A stretch of 64,000 nt of DNA, from assembly GCA_903831745.1 (NCBI GenBank), contig CAIKYX010000260.1, positions 16,433 to 80,432 of the forward strand, in the 5' to 3' direction. The first letter of the stretch is position 1, and each line of letters begins with the position of its first letter. The DNA is from Oligoflexia bacterium (lineage in GTDB: Bacteria; Bdellovibrionota; UBA1018; CAIMNF01). A program made the position numbers and the translations under genes. The notes beneath the pieces were generated by a model that saw only the letters and a program-made list of their open reading frames with translations, was not told the DNA's origin and did not search any database. Of this stretch, positions 50,309 to 59,818 are shown one piece after another.

Positions 50309-51535
50309 CTAGTGGTGCAAAGCCGAGTTCATTTTCCAAATCGGAAGCATGACCGCTAAGGCAATGACTGCCACCATGGCAAAAATAATCGCCAAAAGCA
50401 CGGGTTCAAGCAACTTTGCCAGGTTATTCAAACTATAATCGATTTGCACCTGATAATACCGACCGATTCTTTTCAGCACGGGCTGAAGCCTACCCGACTC
50501 CTCACCGATCGAAAGCAGGCTTTTAAACGTTCCCGGAAAAAACGGAGCCGACCCCAGGGCAATACTCAGACTCCCCCCCTTGGCAATCTCACTCTGACAA
50601 TGAGTCAGGGCCTGTTTAAAAAGCTCGTTCTTTTGAGAATCCTTCAAGGTGTCCAACGAGTCCATGAGTGGAATACCGCTATCCAGTAGCAACTCGAGAA
50701 TGACGCAGAGGTTATTCAATTCAAGATAGAGAAACACCCGCCCGAAAATCGGTAGCTTGAGCTTCAGGCGATCAATCTGAAACTTGCCTTTCGCCGTGGC
50801 CGCATATTTCTCGTACCCGAAGCGAATCGCCATGGCACCGGCTACGATCAAATACCAGTAGTGAATGAAGAAGTCTGAGCTGCTGACCACAAATTGGGTA
50901 ATTGGCGGAAGATCAGAGCCCAATGAATTCAAGAAGCCTTTTAATTTAGGAATGACAAAATAGACCACCACCCCAATCACCACCACCAGAACCACGACTA
51001 CAATTTTCGGATAAAAAAGCGCCGATTTTACTTTGGCGTCATTTTCGGCCTGCTGCTCGATCATGGTGCTGATGCGATTCAAAGTAGACTCGAGCTTACC
51101 GGTCACCTCGCCGGTCTTGATCAACCCGACCGCAACCGGATCAAATATGGCTGGATGTTTTGCGAAGGCCTCATGCAAAGTGCCACCTTCGGTAATATCC
51201 GTGGTGATACTGACCAATGCATGCCTCAGAGTTTTATTCTGGGCTTCTTCCGAAAGCAGGTTCAGCATTTGAAGCAGCGGAATACCCACCGAGATTCCGG
51301 TTTCGAGCTGGCTCATGAACACCAGTTTTTCTTCGAGCGTAATTTTAGTCGTAAACTTTTCGAATGCGTCCGAAAACATCCGGAACATGATCTTCAGATT
51401 AAAACGGTCGACACCGAGAACGATCAGGTTTTGCTTAACCAATGCCTTTCGAGCGAGAAATAAGTTGTCCGCTTCGATCGATCCTTCGACAACTTCACCT
51501 TTTCGGTTCCGAGCCCGATAATAATATTTCGGCAT
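50309..51535 (-). CDS. Type II secretion / type IV pilus inner-membrane platform protein (GspF/PilC family)
   Basis: 408 aa with two T2SSF repeats (…LSIGEESGRLQPVLKRIGRYY…) and 3 TM segments. Confidence 0.9.
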   Translation of the reverse strand: MPKYYYRARNRKGEVVEGSIEADNLFLARKALVKQNLIVLGVDRFNLKIMFRMFSDAFEKFTTKITLEEKLVFMSQLETGISVGIPLLQMLNLLSEEAQNKTLRHALVSITTDITEGGTLHEAFAKHPAIFDPVAVGLIKTGEVTGKLESTLNRISTMIEQQAENDAKVKSALFYPKIVVVVLVVVIGVVVYFVIPKLKGFLNSLGSDLPPITQFVVSSSDFFIHYWYLIVAGAMAIRFGYEKYAATAKGKFQIDRLKLKLPIFGRVFLYLELNNLCVILELLLDSGIPLMDSLDTLKDSQKNELFKQALTHCQSEIAKGGSLSIALGSAPFFPGTFKSLLSIGEESGRLQPVLKRIGRYYQVQIDYSLNNLAKLLEPVLLAIIFAMVAVIALAVMLPIWKMNSALHH

Positions 51536-51549
51536 TCTCTTTCAATCTA

Positions 51550-52896
51550 CTATGGTTCTGAAGCCTTTTCAATTTCCTGGGACATCTTTTTAGCCCCTTC
51601 GACTTTTGAAGTCGCCGTTCCATCCATCGCGGCAGAAATTTCTTTTGCGGTAGCAATCTTTCGGTCTTCTGGCGACAGGGCTTCATCGATTGTCGGCGTC
51701 AGAAAAATTACCAGCTCATTATTCGAATCATTCACCGAGCTCGAGCGAAACAGCGCGCCGATCAAAGGTATATCCATCAGAATTGGCACACCAGAATGGT
51801 TTTTTGAGTGCGATTGTTTGATCAAGCCGGCAATGACCGCAGTCTGCTTGTTTCCCACGATTACCGCAGTGTTTGCCGAATTCTTAAGAATTCCAGGAAT
51901 TCCGTCCACCGCACCACTGGCATCCGGAGTCGAGTCATTTACATCGACAATCATTTTGATCTGACCTTCGCCCACGAGAGTCGGCAAAATGGTCAAAGAC
52001 AATCCCGCTTCGACTGACGAGAGACCTCCGGTCAGAATTCCAGGAGTAGTCGCATCTTTCGTACCTTGCACCGGAACATTACTCAAGGTCTTGACCGTAT
52101 AAGTCGTACCGCTTTCAACTTTCGCCTGCCGATTATTCAAGGTGGTGACCTTCGGACGAGATAGGACTTTTGCATCACCTTTTGATTCCGCCGCAGTCAG
52201 TTTAATATCCAAGGCACGACTGCTCACATTACCGATCACACCTTTAAAACTGATGTTTGGAGTGGTCGGCCCGGGAGTCGTGATTCCATCGCCGATTCCG
52301 CTGACCGAAATGCCGATATCCTGCAAGAATTGATGCGTGGTTTCGACAATCAACGCTTCGATCATGATTTGCTTGGGTGGCGTATCAAACAGCGCCACCA
52401 CATTTTTAACCTTTTCGAGGGTGCGTGCTGACCCAACAAAAATCAGTCTATTCTGATGTTCATCGACCAGTAATTTTCCATCCGATCCGATGACCGTGGT
52501 TAATTTAGGCAGTAACTCTGAAGCAGAAGCATAGTGCAGAATAATGTCTTTGGGTTCGCCATTCACTCCCATCGATGCCGAAGCTCCCTTACGCTTGGTC
52601 ACAATCAGCTGATTGCCCGACACCATGTATTCGATCTGTTGATCGGAAGATATTTTTTCGAGCAATTGACGAGCAGTCACACCGGATTGGGCGATTGACA
52701 CATTGATCTTTGGATCATCATCCATGACCAGGGTCATACCCGATTTCAGGGCGATCATTTCGAGCACTCCTTTAAGCGGAGAGTCGACTACGTTCATCGA
52801 CAATTGCGAATCGAGCTCTTCCGAGTGGCAAATCGCCGTTAGAAAGAACCCACAAAAAAGCGTAATCGTTAAAAAGAGCTTGATTGAATTTTTCAT
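51550..52896 (-). CDS. Secretin (GspD/PilQ/MshL family), short form
   Basis: 448 aa with a signal peptide, a secretin N-domain and a C-terminal secretin domain (…GVPILMDIPLIGALF…ELVIFLTPTI). Confidence 0.85.
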   Translation of the reverse strand: MKNSIKLFLTITLFCGFFLTAICHSEELDSQLSMNVVDSPLKGVLEMIALKSGMTLVMDDDPKINVSIAQSGVTARQLLEKISSDQQIEYMVSGNQLIVTKRKGASASMGVNGEPKDIILHYASASELLPKLTTVIGSDGKLLVDEHQNRLIFVGSARTLEKVKNVVALFDTPPKQIMIEALIVETTHQFLQDIGISVSGIGDGITTPGPTTPNISFKGVIGNVSSRALDIKLTAAESKGDAKVLSRPKVTTLNNRQAKVESGTTYTVKTLSNVPVQGTKDATTPGILTGGLSSVEAGLSLTILPTLVGEGQIKMIVDVNDSTPDASGAVDGIPGILKNSANTAVIVGNKQTAVIAGLIKQSHSKNHSGVPILMDIPLIGALFRSSSVNDSNNELVIFLTPTIDEALSPEDRKIATAKEISAAMDGTATSKVEGAKKMSQEIEKASEP

Positions 52897-53318
52897 TCTT
52901 CATCCCCCTCTGCACTATCCTCTTCGTCTCCGCTCTCGACAGATGCCGGGTCGCGAATCGGGGGCAGACTGATTTCAATTTCAGAACTTTGTTTTTTGAG
53001 AATGACGTAATTCTCACCGATGCGTTCGATCATGCGGTCTTCGACAAAATCGCCGACATGAACCGACTTGCCGTTTACAACGGCCATGGGCTGACTTTTG
53101 TCATACATGATGCCACCGAGCTTGAACTTGTCTTTGACTTCGGGAATGGTGGCAAAACCAGGTTCTTTCAGAAACGGATCAACACCCCATGGAAGCTTCG
53201 GGTTGACGAGCAAATAGCCCACATCCATATCGGTAATCAGGTCGAAAGCCGGCCCTTCAGCGAGGGCGACCGATGTACCGAAACAAAAAATGCAGAAAAC
53301 CCATTTGAATTGCTTCAT
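52893..53318 (-). CDS. PilP-like pilot / inner-membrane lipoprotein of the pilus assembly subcomplex (putative)
   Basis: 141 aa with a signal peptide, a beta-sandwich-like segment (AVVNGKSVHVGDFVEDRMIERIGENYVILKK) and an acidic C-terminal tail. It sits immediately upstream of the secretin, as in pilMNOPQ. Confidence 0.45.
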   Translation of the reverse strand: MKQFKWVFCIFCFGTSVALAEGPAFDLITDMDVGYLLVNPKLPWGVDPFLKEPGFATIPEVKDKFKLGGIMYDKSQPMAVVNGKSVHVGDFVEDRMIERIGENYVILKKQSSEIEISLPPIRDPASVESGDEEDSAEGDEE

Positions 53319-53866
53319 GGGTGCCTCGCTACATAGCTATAGAGTTTGATGCTGGCCTTACAGCGCTTCATTTCTTCCGTAATTCGACTGATTTCGATCG
53401 AGTCGACTTCAGTCAATAAGGCCGAGTCCTCGAGCTTTTCGAGAAATTTTCCAATGGCAATAAAAGGGGCCTCTACCTCTACTTTATAGAGCGTCTGGGT
53501 GTAGCCGCTGAAAGTCGATTCACTGTCTGAGGTAATCTTGTTGATAATGAACGCCTCGTTTTTCGAGTTTTCAACCAAGCCGGTGACCACACTCGAAAAA
53601 AGCTCATTCGACTTCAGGTATTTTTCGAGCAAGCGCTGAGACGCCGTGACCGACTGGGATGCCGGAGCGCGGGTCGCGAGCTTCTTGAATTCGAGTTGTT
53701 CCTTGGCCAGAGTGTTTCGAGCAGTGACGACCTCGACCTCGAGCTTTTTCAGCTCGAGACTTTTAGGGCTTGCCCAAAAGTGCTGAAAAAGAAAGAGAAC
53801 TCCTACGATAAAGGCGCTGGTTAAATAACTTTCACGTTTAGAGAGTCGGATTTTTTTGAAAATCAT
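53315..53866 (-). CDS. PilO/GspM-like pilus assembly protein (putative)
   Basis: 183 aa with a single N-terminal TM segment followed by coiled-coil and ferredoxin-like regions. Position within the cluster supports the call. Confidence 0.45.
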   Translation of the reverse strand: MIFKKIRLSKRESYLTSAFIVGVLFLFQHFWASPKSLELKKLEVEVVTARNTLAKEQLEFKKLATRAPASQSVTASQRLLEKYLKSNELFSSVVTGLVENSKNEAFIINKITSDSESTFSGYTQTLYKVEVEAPFIAIGKFLEKLEDSALLTEVDSIEISRITEEMKRCKASIKLYSYVARHP

Positions 53867-54432
53867 CCCCGCCCTCCTGTCGTCGCATCGATCGGAACTG
53901 AAAATTCGAACTTATAACGAGAAGGGCTGATCTTAGCCTCTTTTTCGGAATAGTCGATTCTCACTTGTCCGAAATGATGGGATTGCTCGAGAATGGTCAA
54001 AAACTCGGCCACCAATTCCTGCGAAACCGACTCACCCCTGAGAATGATTCGATCCGAGTCTTTCTCGGTACCGTTCGAAAAGCTGGTCAGCCAAATGCCA
54101 TCCGGAATGAGGATACTCAACTCTTTAAAAAATGCAGACCAATAGGTCTTGCGGTTCAGAACTTTTTGCAGCGAAGTCAGAGTCTCGCTCTTTTGATTCA
54201 AATCCTTGTTTTGTTGCGAAAGGAGCGCAATCTTCTGATGAAGTTCGCTCGCCGTGGCATCGATCTGAGCCAACTCTTTCTTTTGCGAGCGCGAAGACAA
54301 AAATGCCTGAGAACTCATTCCTACTGCATAGACCACGAGCACGGCTGCAAGCGCAAGAGGAAGCATCTCATGCGAAAGCCTGAGTCGGGGGCGCAGATCG
54401 GCGGGAATGAAATTCAGGTGCTTCTGACTCAT
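53863..54432 (-). CDS. PilN-like pilus assembly protein
   Basis: 189 aa with HLNFIPADLRPRLR (compare PilN INLLPWR), then a TM segment and a coiled coil. Confidence 0.5.
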   Translation of the reverse strand: MSQKHLNFIPADLRPRLRLSHEMLPLALAAVLVVYAVGMSSQAFLSSRSQKKELAQIDATASELHQKIALLSQQNKDLNQKSETLTSLQKVLNRKTYWSAFFKELSILIPDGIWLTSFSNGTEKDSDRIILRGESVSQELVAEFLTILEQSHHFGQVRIDYSEKEAKISPSRYKFEFSVPIDATTGGRG

Positions 54433-55241
54433 AATGGCTTTTTAATAGCCTCCTCTTGATAAATTCTCAAAACGATACGGCGGTTTTTAACCAGATTCGA
54501 AAGAATGGCCTCACCATTGACCGAACGATTCGGAAGCAACGGACGAGAATCTCCGTAACCGATTACTTTCATCATTCCCTTGGTAAACCCCTGCTCTTCA
54601 AACACATGAACGAGCGACGCAGCCCGGGCTGCCGAGAGTTCCCAGTTCGAGCCGTAGATCCGGCGCTGATGCACCACAGGCGAATCATCCGTGTGCCCTT
54701 CGACTTCAATCACGGTTTTTTCGGGAGCAGTCTTCAAGAGCTCGACAATTTCCTTCAATACAGGCTGCGATTTCTCGTCGAGCTTGGCAGAACCGATCAT
54801 GAACAATTGATCAGAACTTAAAGTGACTCGAAGCGCACTCGAACCCTCTTCTCTTTCTAGTTTTTCGATTCCCTGAATCTTTTTTTCTTCAAACTCTTTT
54901 TCGAGCCCGGCCAGGCGATCGACTTGCACCGCTGCAACAGGCAAAGAAGCTGGTGCACGCACCGCTACTGGCGCTGGAGCTTGAACCTTGGCCACGATAT
55001 TTGCCTCGGTAGGACCTTGCGAAATATTAGAAGTCTTGGAATAAGTAGTCATGTCGATGGACGAGGTTTCGATCGACAGCAAAAAGGCTGCGAGCGTCGC
55101 CAGCACAAAAGTACTCAGATCAGCCGATTTGCGAGATTTTTTCGGCGAAGCCTTTAGTTTGGGCTGAGCCTTTGCTGATTTGAGCAAAGTCTTTTTCACG
55201 CGCTTTTGGCTGATAAAATTAATTCTTCGATCGGGTTTCAT
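54429..55241 (-). CDS. OmpA/MotB C-terminal-domain peptidoglycan-binding protein, membrane-anchored
   Basis: 270 aa with a TM segment (LSTFVLATLAAFLLSI) and an OmpA_C-like domain (VEGHTDDSP…NWELSAARAASLV). It is embedded between pilN and pilM. Confidence 0.7.
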   Translation of the reverse strand: MKPDRRINFISQKRVKKTLLKSAKAQPKLKASPKKSRKSADLSTFVLATLAAFLLSIETSSIDMTTYSKTSNISQGPTEANIVAKVQAPAPVAVRAPASLPVAAVQVDRLAGLEKEFEEKKIQGIEKLEREEGSSALRVTLSSDQLFMIGSAKLDEKSQPVLKEIVELLKTAPEKTVIEVEGHTDDSPVVHQRRIYGSNWELSAARAASLVHVFEEQGFTKGMMKVIGYGDSRPLLPNRSVNGEAILSNLVKNRRIVLRIYQEEAIKKPL

Positions 55242-56314
55242 GCGGCCTTCTTTCCGTCAGGAACACTGACGAGGGCCAGCCCTACTGCGGTGCCCATGTA
55301 TGGGGCCAATAGTGCGATTTCTTCATGAGACTGATCGAGCGATGAGCTATAGATATCGATATTGCGAAACGGATTTACGACCTGGGTCGGAACCTTGAAA
55401 AACATCTCATGAACCTTGTCGATGCCTTTTACCTGACTTGCCCCACCGAGAAGCAGAATTCGATCCACTTTTCCGAAGCTTTCGGGACATTCTTTGTAAA
55501 ATTCAACCAGAGCCTTCAACCCCTTCAGGATCTCCATGAAAGTTTCATCCAGTACTTCACCGACGGTGCCTCGATTTTCTTCTGGGGCTAAAAAGTTATA
55601 GCCGAGTTTTACGCGTTCGGCTTCTTCGTAAGACATATTGCATTTTTCTCGCAGACGCTGATTCACGCTGCCGAAAGCAGTTTCTTCCGTTCGAGTCAGG
55701 GTCAGTACGCCATCTGTGATTAATCCCGAATTAATATGTGATTCGCCGAGATCAAGAACAATGACCACTTCCTTCGGGTCAATATAACCATTAAAATCGA
55801 GCATGGCAGTAATCGCCATCATTTCTGATTCGATCGAACTGGGTTTAAGCCCGGACTCTTCGAGCACTTTCATCTGAGCAACAACGAGATCTCGTTTTAC
55901 ACAGAAAGCCTTGATCAGGGTAACATCCGGATCGTCGTTTTTATCTGCGGTTACCCAGAAATCACAGCATTGATCGTCCATCGACATGCGCGCGAGCTCG
56001 CCGACTTCCTGCGGAACCACTTGCAGCAGTTCCTTTTCAGGCATCTTCGGCAAATTAAAACTGAACGTCATCACATCGCTGTCGCGAACCGTGGTTGCTG
56101 CCGACGACGACGACAATTGCTGTACTTCGATTGAAGCCTTCAGTACCTCATCCCGATTACTGCGGGCCGGAAAATCTTCCGAAGTCTGCAACAGGTCCTG
56201 AAAAAAATGTCCGGCGAGGTGAACCTTGCCGTCTTTGGCACGCGTGAGTTTGACCCCTTTGATCGTTCGGGCTCCAAGATCGACACCTAATACCTGCTTC
56301 TTGAAAAAATTCAT
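55238..56314 (-). CDS. pilM: PilM-like actin-fold pilus assembly ATPase-like protein
   Basis: 358 aa starting VLGVDLGARTIKGVKL…; PilM/FtsA fold with …ILLLGGASQVKGI…. Confidence 0.8.
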   Translation of the reverse strand: MNFFKKQVLGVDLGARTIKGVKLTRAKDGKVHLAGHFFQDLLQTSEDFPARSNRDEVLKASIEVQQLSSSSAATTVRDSDVMTFSFNLPKMPEKELLQVVPQEVGELARMSMDDQCCDFWVTADKNDDPDVTLIKAFCVKRDLVVAQMKVLEESGLKPSSIESEMMAITAMLDFNGYIDPKEVVIVLDLGESHINSGLITDGVLTLTRTEETAFGSVNQRLREKCNMSYEEAERVKLGYNFLAPEENRGTVGEVLDETFMEILKGLKALVEFYKECPESFGKVDRILLLGGASQVKGIDKVHEMFFKVPTQVVNPFRNIDIYSSSLDQSHEEIALLAPYMGTAVGLALVSVPDGKKAA

Positions 56315-57162
56315 CGCTGACTCCTTAGAAATGAAAACAATCCTTTGGATTTTAAATTGAGGGCTTCGTTCGCCACTTTTTCATGAATGAGGCGAATGCG
56401 TTTTTCTTCGGCTGCCTGAATGACCCGTTCACTGAGCTGATTGATCCGACGAGGAATTCCGTTACTCAGGGTGTAAATGATTTTCATCACTGAAGCTTCG
56501 AAGCGAATGAAGTTACCGTTTCCTACCTGTTCAATGCGGCTTTTAATATATCGCTCGGTCTCGAGTCGATCGAGCCCCCTGAGCGTGGCATGACATCCGA
56601 TTCGTTGTTTCAACTGTCGTAGCTCAGGACGCTGTAGAGTTGCATCGAGCTCTGGCTGTCCGATCAGCACAATTTGAAGAAGTTTTTGAGTACGGGTCTC
56701 GAGATTGGTCAATAAGCGGATCATTTCGAGTGCTTCGACGCTCAGCGATTGCGCTTCATCGATCATCAGAATCGAGTGTTTGCCGGAATCTACGTTGGTG
56801 AGTAAAAAACGGTTCAGGTGATCGACGTAAGCCTTGCCAGTTTGAAATTCAACTGCAGGCTTGGGCACTTCGAACTCTTCGCATATCGCTTGCAATAACT
56901 CGATCTCGGTAAATTTAGGATAAAGAATCAGCGCCGTATTCGCCTGATTTTCGAACGAGGCGAGCAACATTCGCGCAAGCAAGGTCTTGCCGGTTCCTAC
57001 TTCGCCGGTCAACACACTAAAACCTTTGCCCTGCCTGAGCGCCTGACTCAGATCATTCAACGCACGATTGTGCTGATGAGAGGCGTAATAAAACTCCGGG
57101 TCAGGAGTTTCACCGAAAGGATTTACTTCTAAATTATAAAATTTGCTGTAATAGCTTTTCAT
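56311..57162 (-). CDS. ExeA/GspA/MshM-like AAA ATPase, short form without a C-terminal peptidoglycan-binding domain
   Basis: 283 aa: …VNPFGETPDPEFYYASHQHNRALNDL…LTGEVGTGKTLLARML…ILMIDEAQSLS…; AAA_22-like. Confidence 0.75.
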   Translation of the reverse strand: MKSYYSKFYNLEVNPFGETPDPEFYYASHQHNRALNDLSQALRQGKGFSVLTGEVGTGKTLLARMLLASFENQANTALILYPKFTEIELLQAICEEFEVPKPAVEFQTGKAYVDHLNRFLLTNVDSGKHSILMIDEAQSLSVEALEMIRLLTNLETRTQKLLQIVLIGQPELDATLQRPELRQLKQRIGCHATLRGLDRLETERYIKSRIEQVGNGNFIRFEASVMKIIYTLSNGIPRRINQLSERVIQAAEEKRIRLIHEKVANEALNLKSKGLFSFLRSQR

Positions 57163-57251
57163 AGGCTTCTCTCAATTCCTTTCGGAAATCAAAGAGAAGT
57201 ACCTGAATTTATTTTAAACATTTGAATTCGGGCGATAGAAATTTGACGCTT

Positions 57252-57821
57252 TTAGAACGTATGTTCGTTAGTGGTTTTATTGAAAGCACTATTCGCCCAG
57301 ATCTGGCCGGCATAGGCGTCACCCGCCAAAGCGTCATAACACCAACCATACTCGCCAGCCGACCCCCACGCTGATCCCGCACAATCCGTAGCGCTGTTCG
57401 GCCCAAGACCTGCGCAACTTCCGCCCCCATTACAAGCAGTGACCGTCGAAGGATTGCCGGTACTGTCGCTCCAGGGATTCGGCGGAATCGTTCCGTTTGC
57501 AACAAACGTTCGGTCCGAGGCCAAAAGCACTTGCGAGGTCGTGCAAGGAGCTGATCCAAAAGTAATATCATTATTATTTAAATTCGCGAGACTGGGCACA
57601 CTTGCGTCCGAAACTCCACAACGGAGCCGCATCTGCGCGTTCTGCATGCCGATCGCCCGCCTCAAAATGGCCAGATCTGCTTTGACTGCAGCATCCTTGG
57701 AGTCGGCACCAAAGTTTACGAATTCCGTTACCCCGATTGCCGCTAATACCCCAAGCAGCAAAATGACCATCAAGACTTCAATCAAACTGAAACCTGTGAT
57801 TTTATGACGACTCCCGCCCAT
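57252..57821 (-). CDS. Type IV pilin, second major-pilin-like paralog
   Basis: 189 aa with …KITG|FSLIEVLMVILLLGVLAAIGVTEFVNF…, IPPNPWS and a C-terminal GWCYD motif. Confidence 0.7.
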   Translation of the reverse strand: MGGSRHKITGFSLIEVLMVILLLGVLAAIGVTEFVNFGADSKDAAVKADLAILRRAIGMQNAQMRLRCGVSDASVPSLANLNNNDITFGSAPCTTSQVLLASDRTFVANGTIPPNPWSDSTGNPSTVTACNGGGSCAGLGPNSATDCAGSAWGSAGEYGWCYDALAGDAYAGQIWANSAFNKTTNEHTF

Positions 57822-57952
57822 GTCCCAATAATAATGGTTTTATTCAATTATATCTAAAAAATAGTATAAACCCTGAAAAACGCCAGAGAAATGACGACAC
57901 TCTCATTTCCTTACTGCATCAAGTTCACAGACAGGTTTGCCGATGAGAAAGC

Positions 57953-59674
57953 ATGTCGAAGCCCTTGGAATCTAAAGGAACCCACCTCGCCTCCGGCCGA
58001 AAATTCGGCGAGGTGTTGCTCGAAATGAACTTGCTCACGCAAGAAGAAATCGATGCGGCAGTATTGCGTGGATCCGAAAAGAGAATGCGCTTGGGCGATT
58101 TACTTCTCAGTGAAGGAAAAATTTCGAGTGAAAATCTCGCGCGAGCCCTAGCCAGTCAGTACGATCTCGAATACCTCGACCTTTCTTCGATGATCTTCAA
58201 CAAGGAAGCTTCAAAAATCATTCCAGAAAAAATTGCCCGAACTTTTCGCATCCTCCCGATCGAATCCAAAGACGGTTTTGTTACTCTTTGTGCCGACGAC
58301 CCGATTCAACTGGTCAAACTCGATAACATCAAAAAAAGCATCGAGGGCACGATCATCCTGAAAGTCGGAACCAAGGAACAAATCGAAGCCGCATTGAACA
58401 AAGTTTATGCCTATGACAATTCGGTAGACCGGATTGTCAAACACCTGGCCAAAAAGCAGGAACTGAAAAAACCTACAGTGACTGAGAGCCTGCTGAACAG
58501 CGACAATCCGAAGGACGCCAATCCGTCGATCGAAGCGCTCGTCAATAAATTCATCGAACGCGCCATCATCGATCGTGCGAGCGACATTCATATCGATCCG
58601 GCCGAAGAAAAAGTGCGGGTTCGAGTGCGAATTGATGGCCTCCTGCATGAATTGCACACCTACCCCGTTCCGTTGCACGTGGCGGTAGTTTCGCGACTCA
58701 AAGTCCTTTCGAACCTCGATATTGCCGAAAAAAGGCATCCTCAGGATGGACACTTCAATTATACAAAAGGTTCCCATGCCGTCGACATCCGTATTTCGAC
58801 GCTGCCTACGGTACACGGCGAAAAACTGGTCCTTCGTTTGCTCGACAAGAAGAAAATGCGCGGAAACCTGCTTCAGATCGGAATGAGCCCAGAGATCGAA
58901 GCCTCGGTTCAAGCATTACTCGAACGTCCTCATGGCGTCATCTTTCTTACCGGTCCTACCGGAAGTGGTAAAACCACCTCTCTTTATTCGATGTTAAATC
59001 AGATCAACGGCATCGAACGAAATGTCATTACGGTTGAAGATCCGGTCGAATACAAATTTGATGTCATCAACCAGATTCAGGTAAACGAAAAGGCCGGATT
59101 GAATTTCGCTGGCATCTTAAGAAACATCCTTCGTCAGGATCCGGATGTGATCATGATCGGTGAGGTCCGCGATCAAGAAACTGCAGACATCGCCATTCGC
59201 GCGGCCCTGACCGGCCACTTGGTGTTAAGCACGCTTCACACCAATGATTCCGTCAGCACGCCGAATCGCCTGATCGATATGGGCGTCGAACCTTTTTTGA
59301 TTTCATCTGCCCTGGTGGCTGTCATTGCCCAGAGGTTGGTGCGAGTGCTCTGCACCCATTGCCGCGAAAAAGTTGCCATTACCGAAGAAGAACTTCGCTT
59401 GCTCGGCACCAGCGCCCTCAGCGTCGATAGCGTCATTTACGGTCCCGTCGGTTGCCAGCACTGCTTTCATTCAGGGTATCAACATCGAATCGCCCTTTTC
59501 GAATACATGCCGATCGACGAGCACATTCGAAGTGCGATCATTCGTCGTGATTCGCCCGATCAATTGACCAAATATCTGAACGACAATGGATTCATCAGCA
59601 TGCGCCAGGACGGAATTTATAAGATCGCCGCCGGCATCACTTCAGTCGAAGAAGTCCTGAAAGCCACGCTCTAA
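57953..59674 (+). CDS. GspE/PilB/MshE-family assembly ATPase with an N-terminal T2SSE_N/MshEN-like domain
   Basis: 573 aa with Walker A GPTGSGKTT, the Asp/His boxes and a tetracysteine motif (CTHC…CQHC). The N-terminal repeats are KFGEVLLEMNLLTQEEIDAAV and RLGDLLLSEGKISSENLARALASQ. Confidence 0.9.
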   Translation: MSKPLESKGTHLASGRKFGEVLLEMNLLTQEEIDAAVLRGSEKRMRLGDLLLSEGKISSENLARALASQYDLEYLDLSSMIFNKEASKIIPEKIARTFRILPIESKDGFVTLCADDPIQLVKLDNIKKSIEGTIILKVGTKEQIEAALNKVYAYDNSVDRIVKHLAKKQELKKPTVTESLLNSDNPKDANPSIEALVNKFIERAIIDRASDIHIDPAEEKVRVRVRIDGLLHELHTYPVPLHVAVVSRLKVLSNLDIAEKRHPQDGHFNYTKGSHAVDIRISTLPTVHGEKLVLRLLDKKKMRGNLLQIGMSPEIEASVQALLERPHGVIFLTGPTGSGKTTSLYSMLNQINGIERNVITVEDPVEYKFDVINQIQVNEKAGLNFAGILRNILRQDPDVIMIGEVRDQETADIAIRAALTGHLVLSTLHTNDSVSTPNRLIDMGVEPFLISSALVAVIAQRLVRVLCTHCREKVAITEEELRLLGTSALSVDSVIYGPVGCQHCFHSGYQHRIALFEYMPIDEHIRSAIIRRDSPDQLTKYLNDNGFISMRQDGIYKIAAGITSVEEVLKATL

Positions 59675-59699
59675 CTGGGTGTCGTACACTCATTTAATA

Positions 59700-59815
59700 G
59701 GTAAGTTGGTAAGTTGTCGGACACTTATTTGGTAAGTTGGTAAGTTGTCGGACACTTATTTGGTAAGTTGGTAAGTTGTCGGACACTTATTTAATAAATA
59801 AGTTGTCGGACACCT
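59700..59815. repeat. Tandem direct repeats: 3 perfect copies of the 31-bp unit GGTAAGTTGGTAAGTTGTCGGACACTTATTT plus a partial fourth copy
   Basis: Units lie at 59700-59730, 59731-59761 and 59762-59792, with the partial copy …AAGTTGTCGGACACCTA at 59801-59817. The array fills the convergent intergenic space between the gspE/pilB stop (59674) and the TPR-gene stop (59819). Confidence 0.85.
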
Positions 59816-59818
59816 AAT

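Noticed and set aside
59700-59817. CRISPR array
   Set aside because: The units are directly tandem with no intervening unique spacers (31-bp period = unit length), and there are no cas genes nearby.
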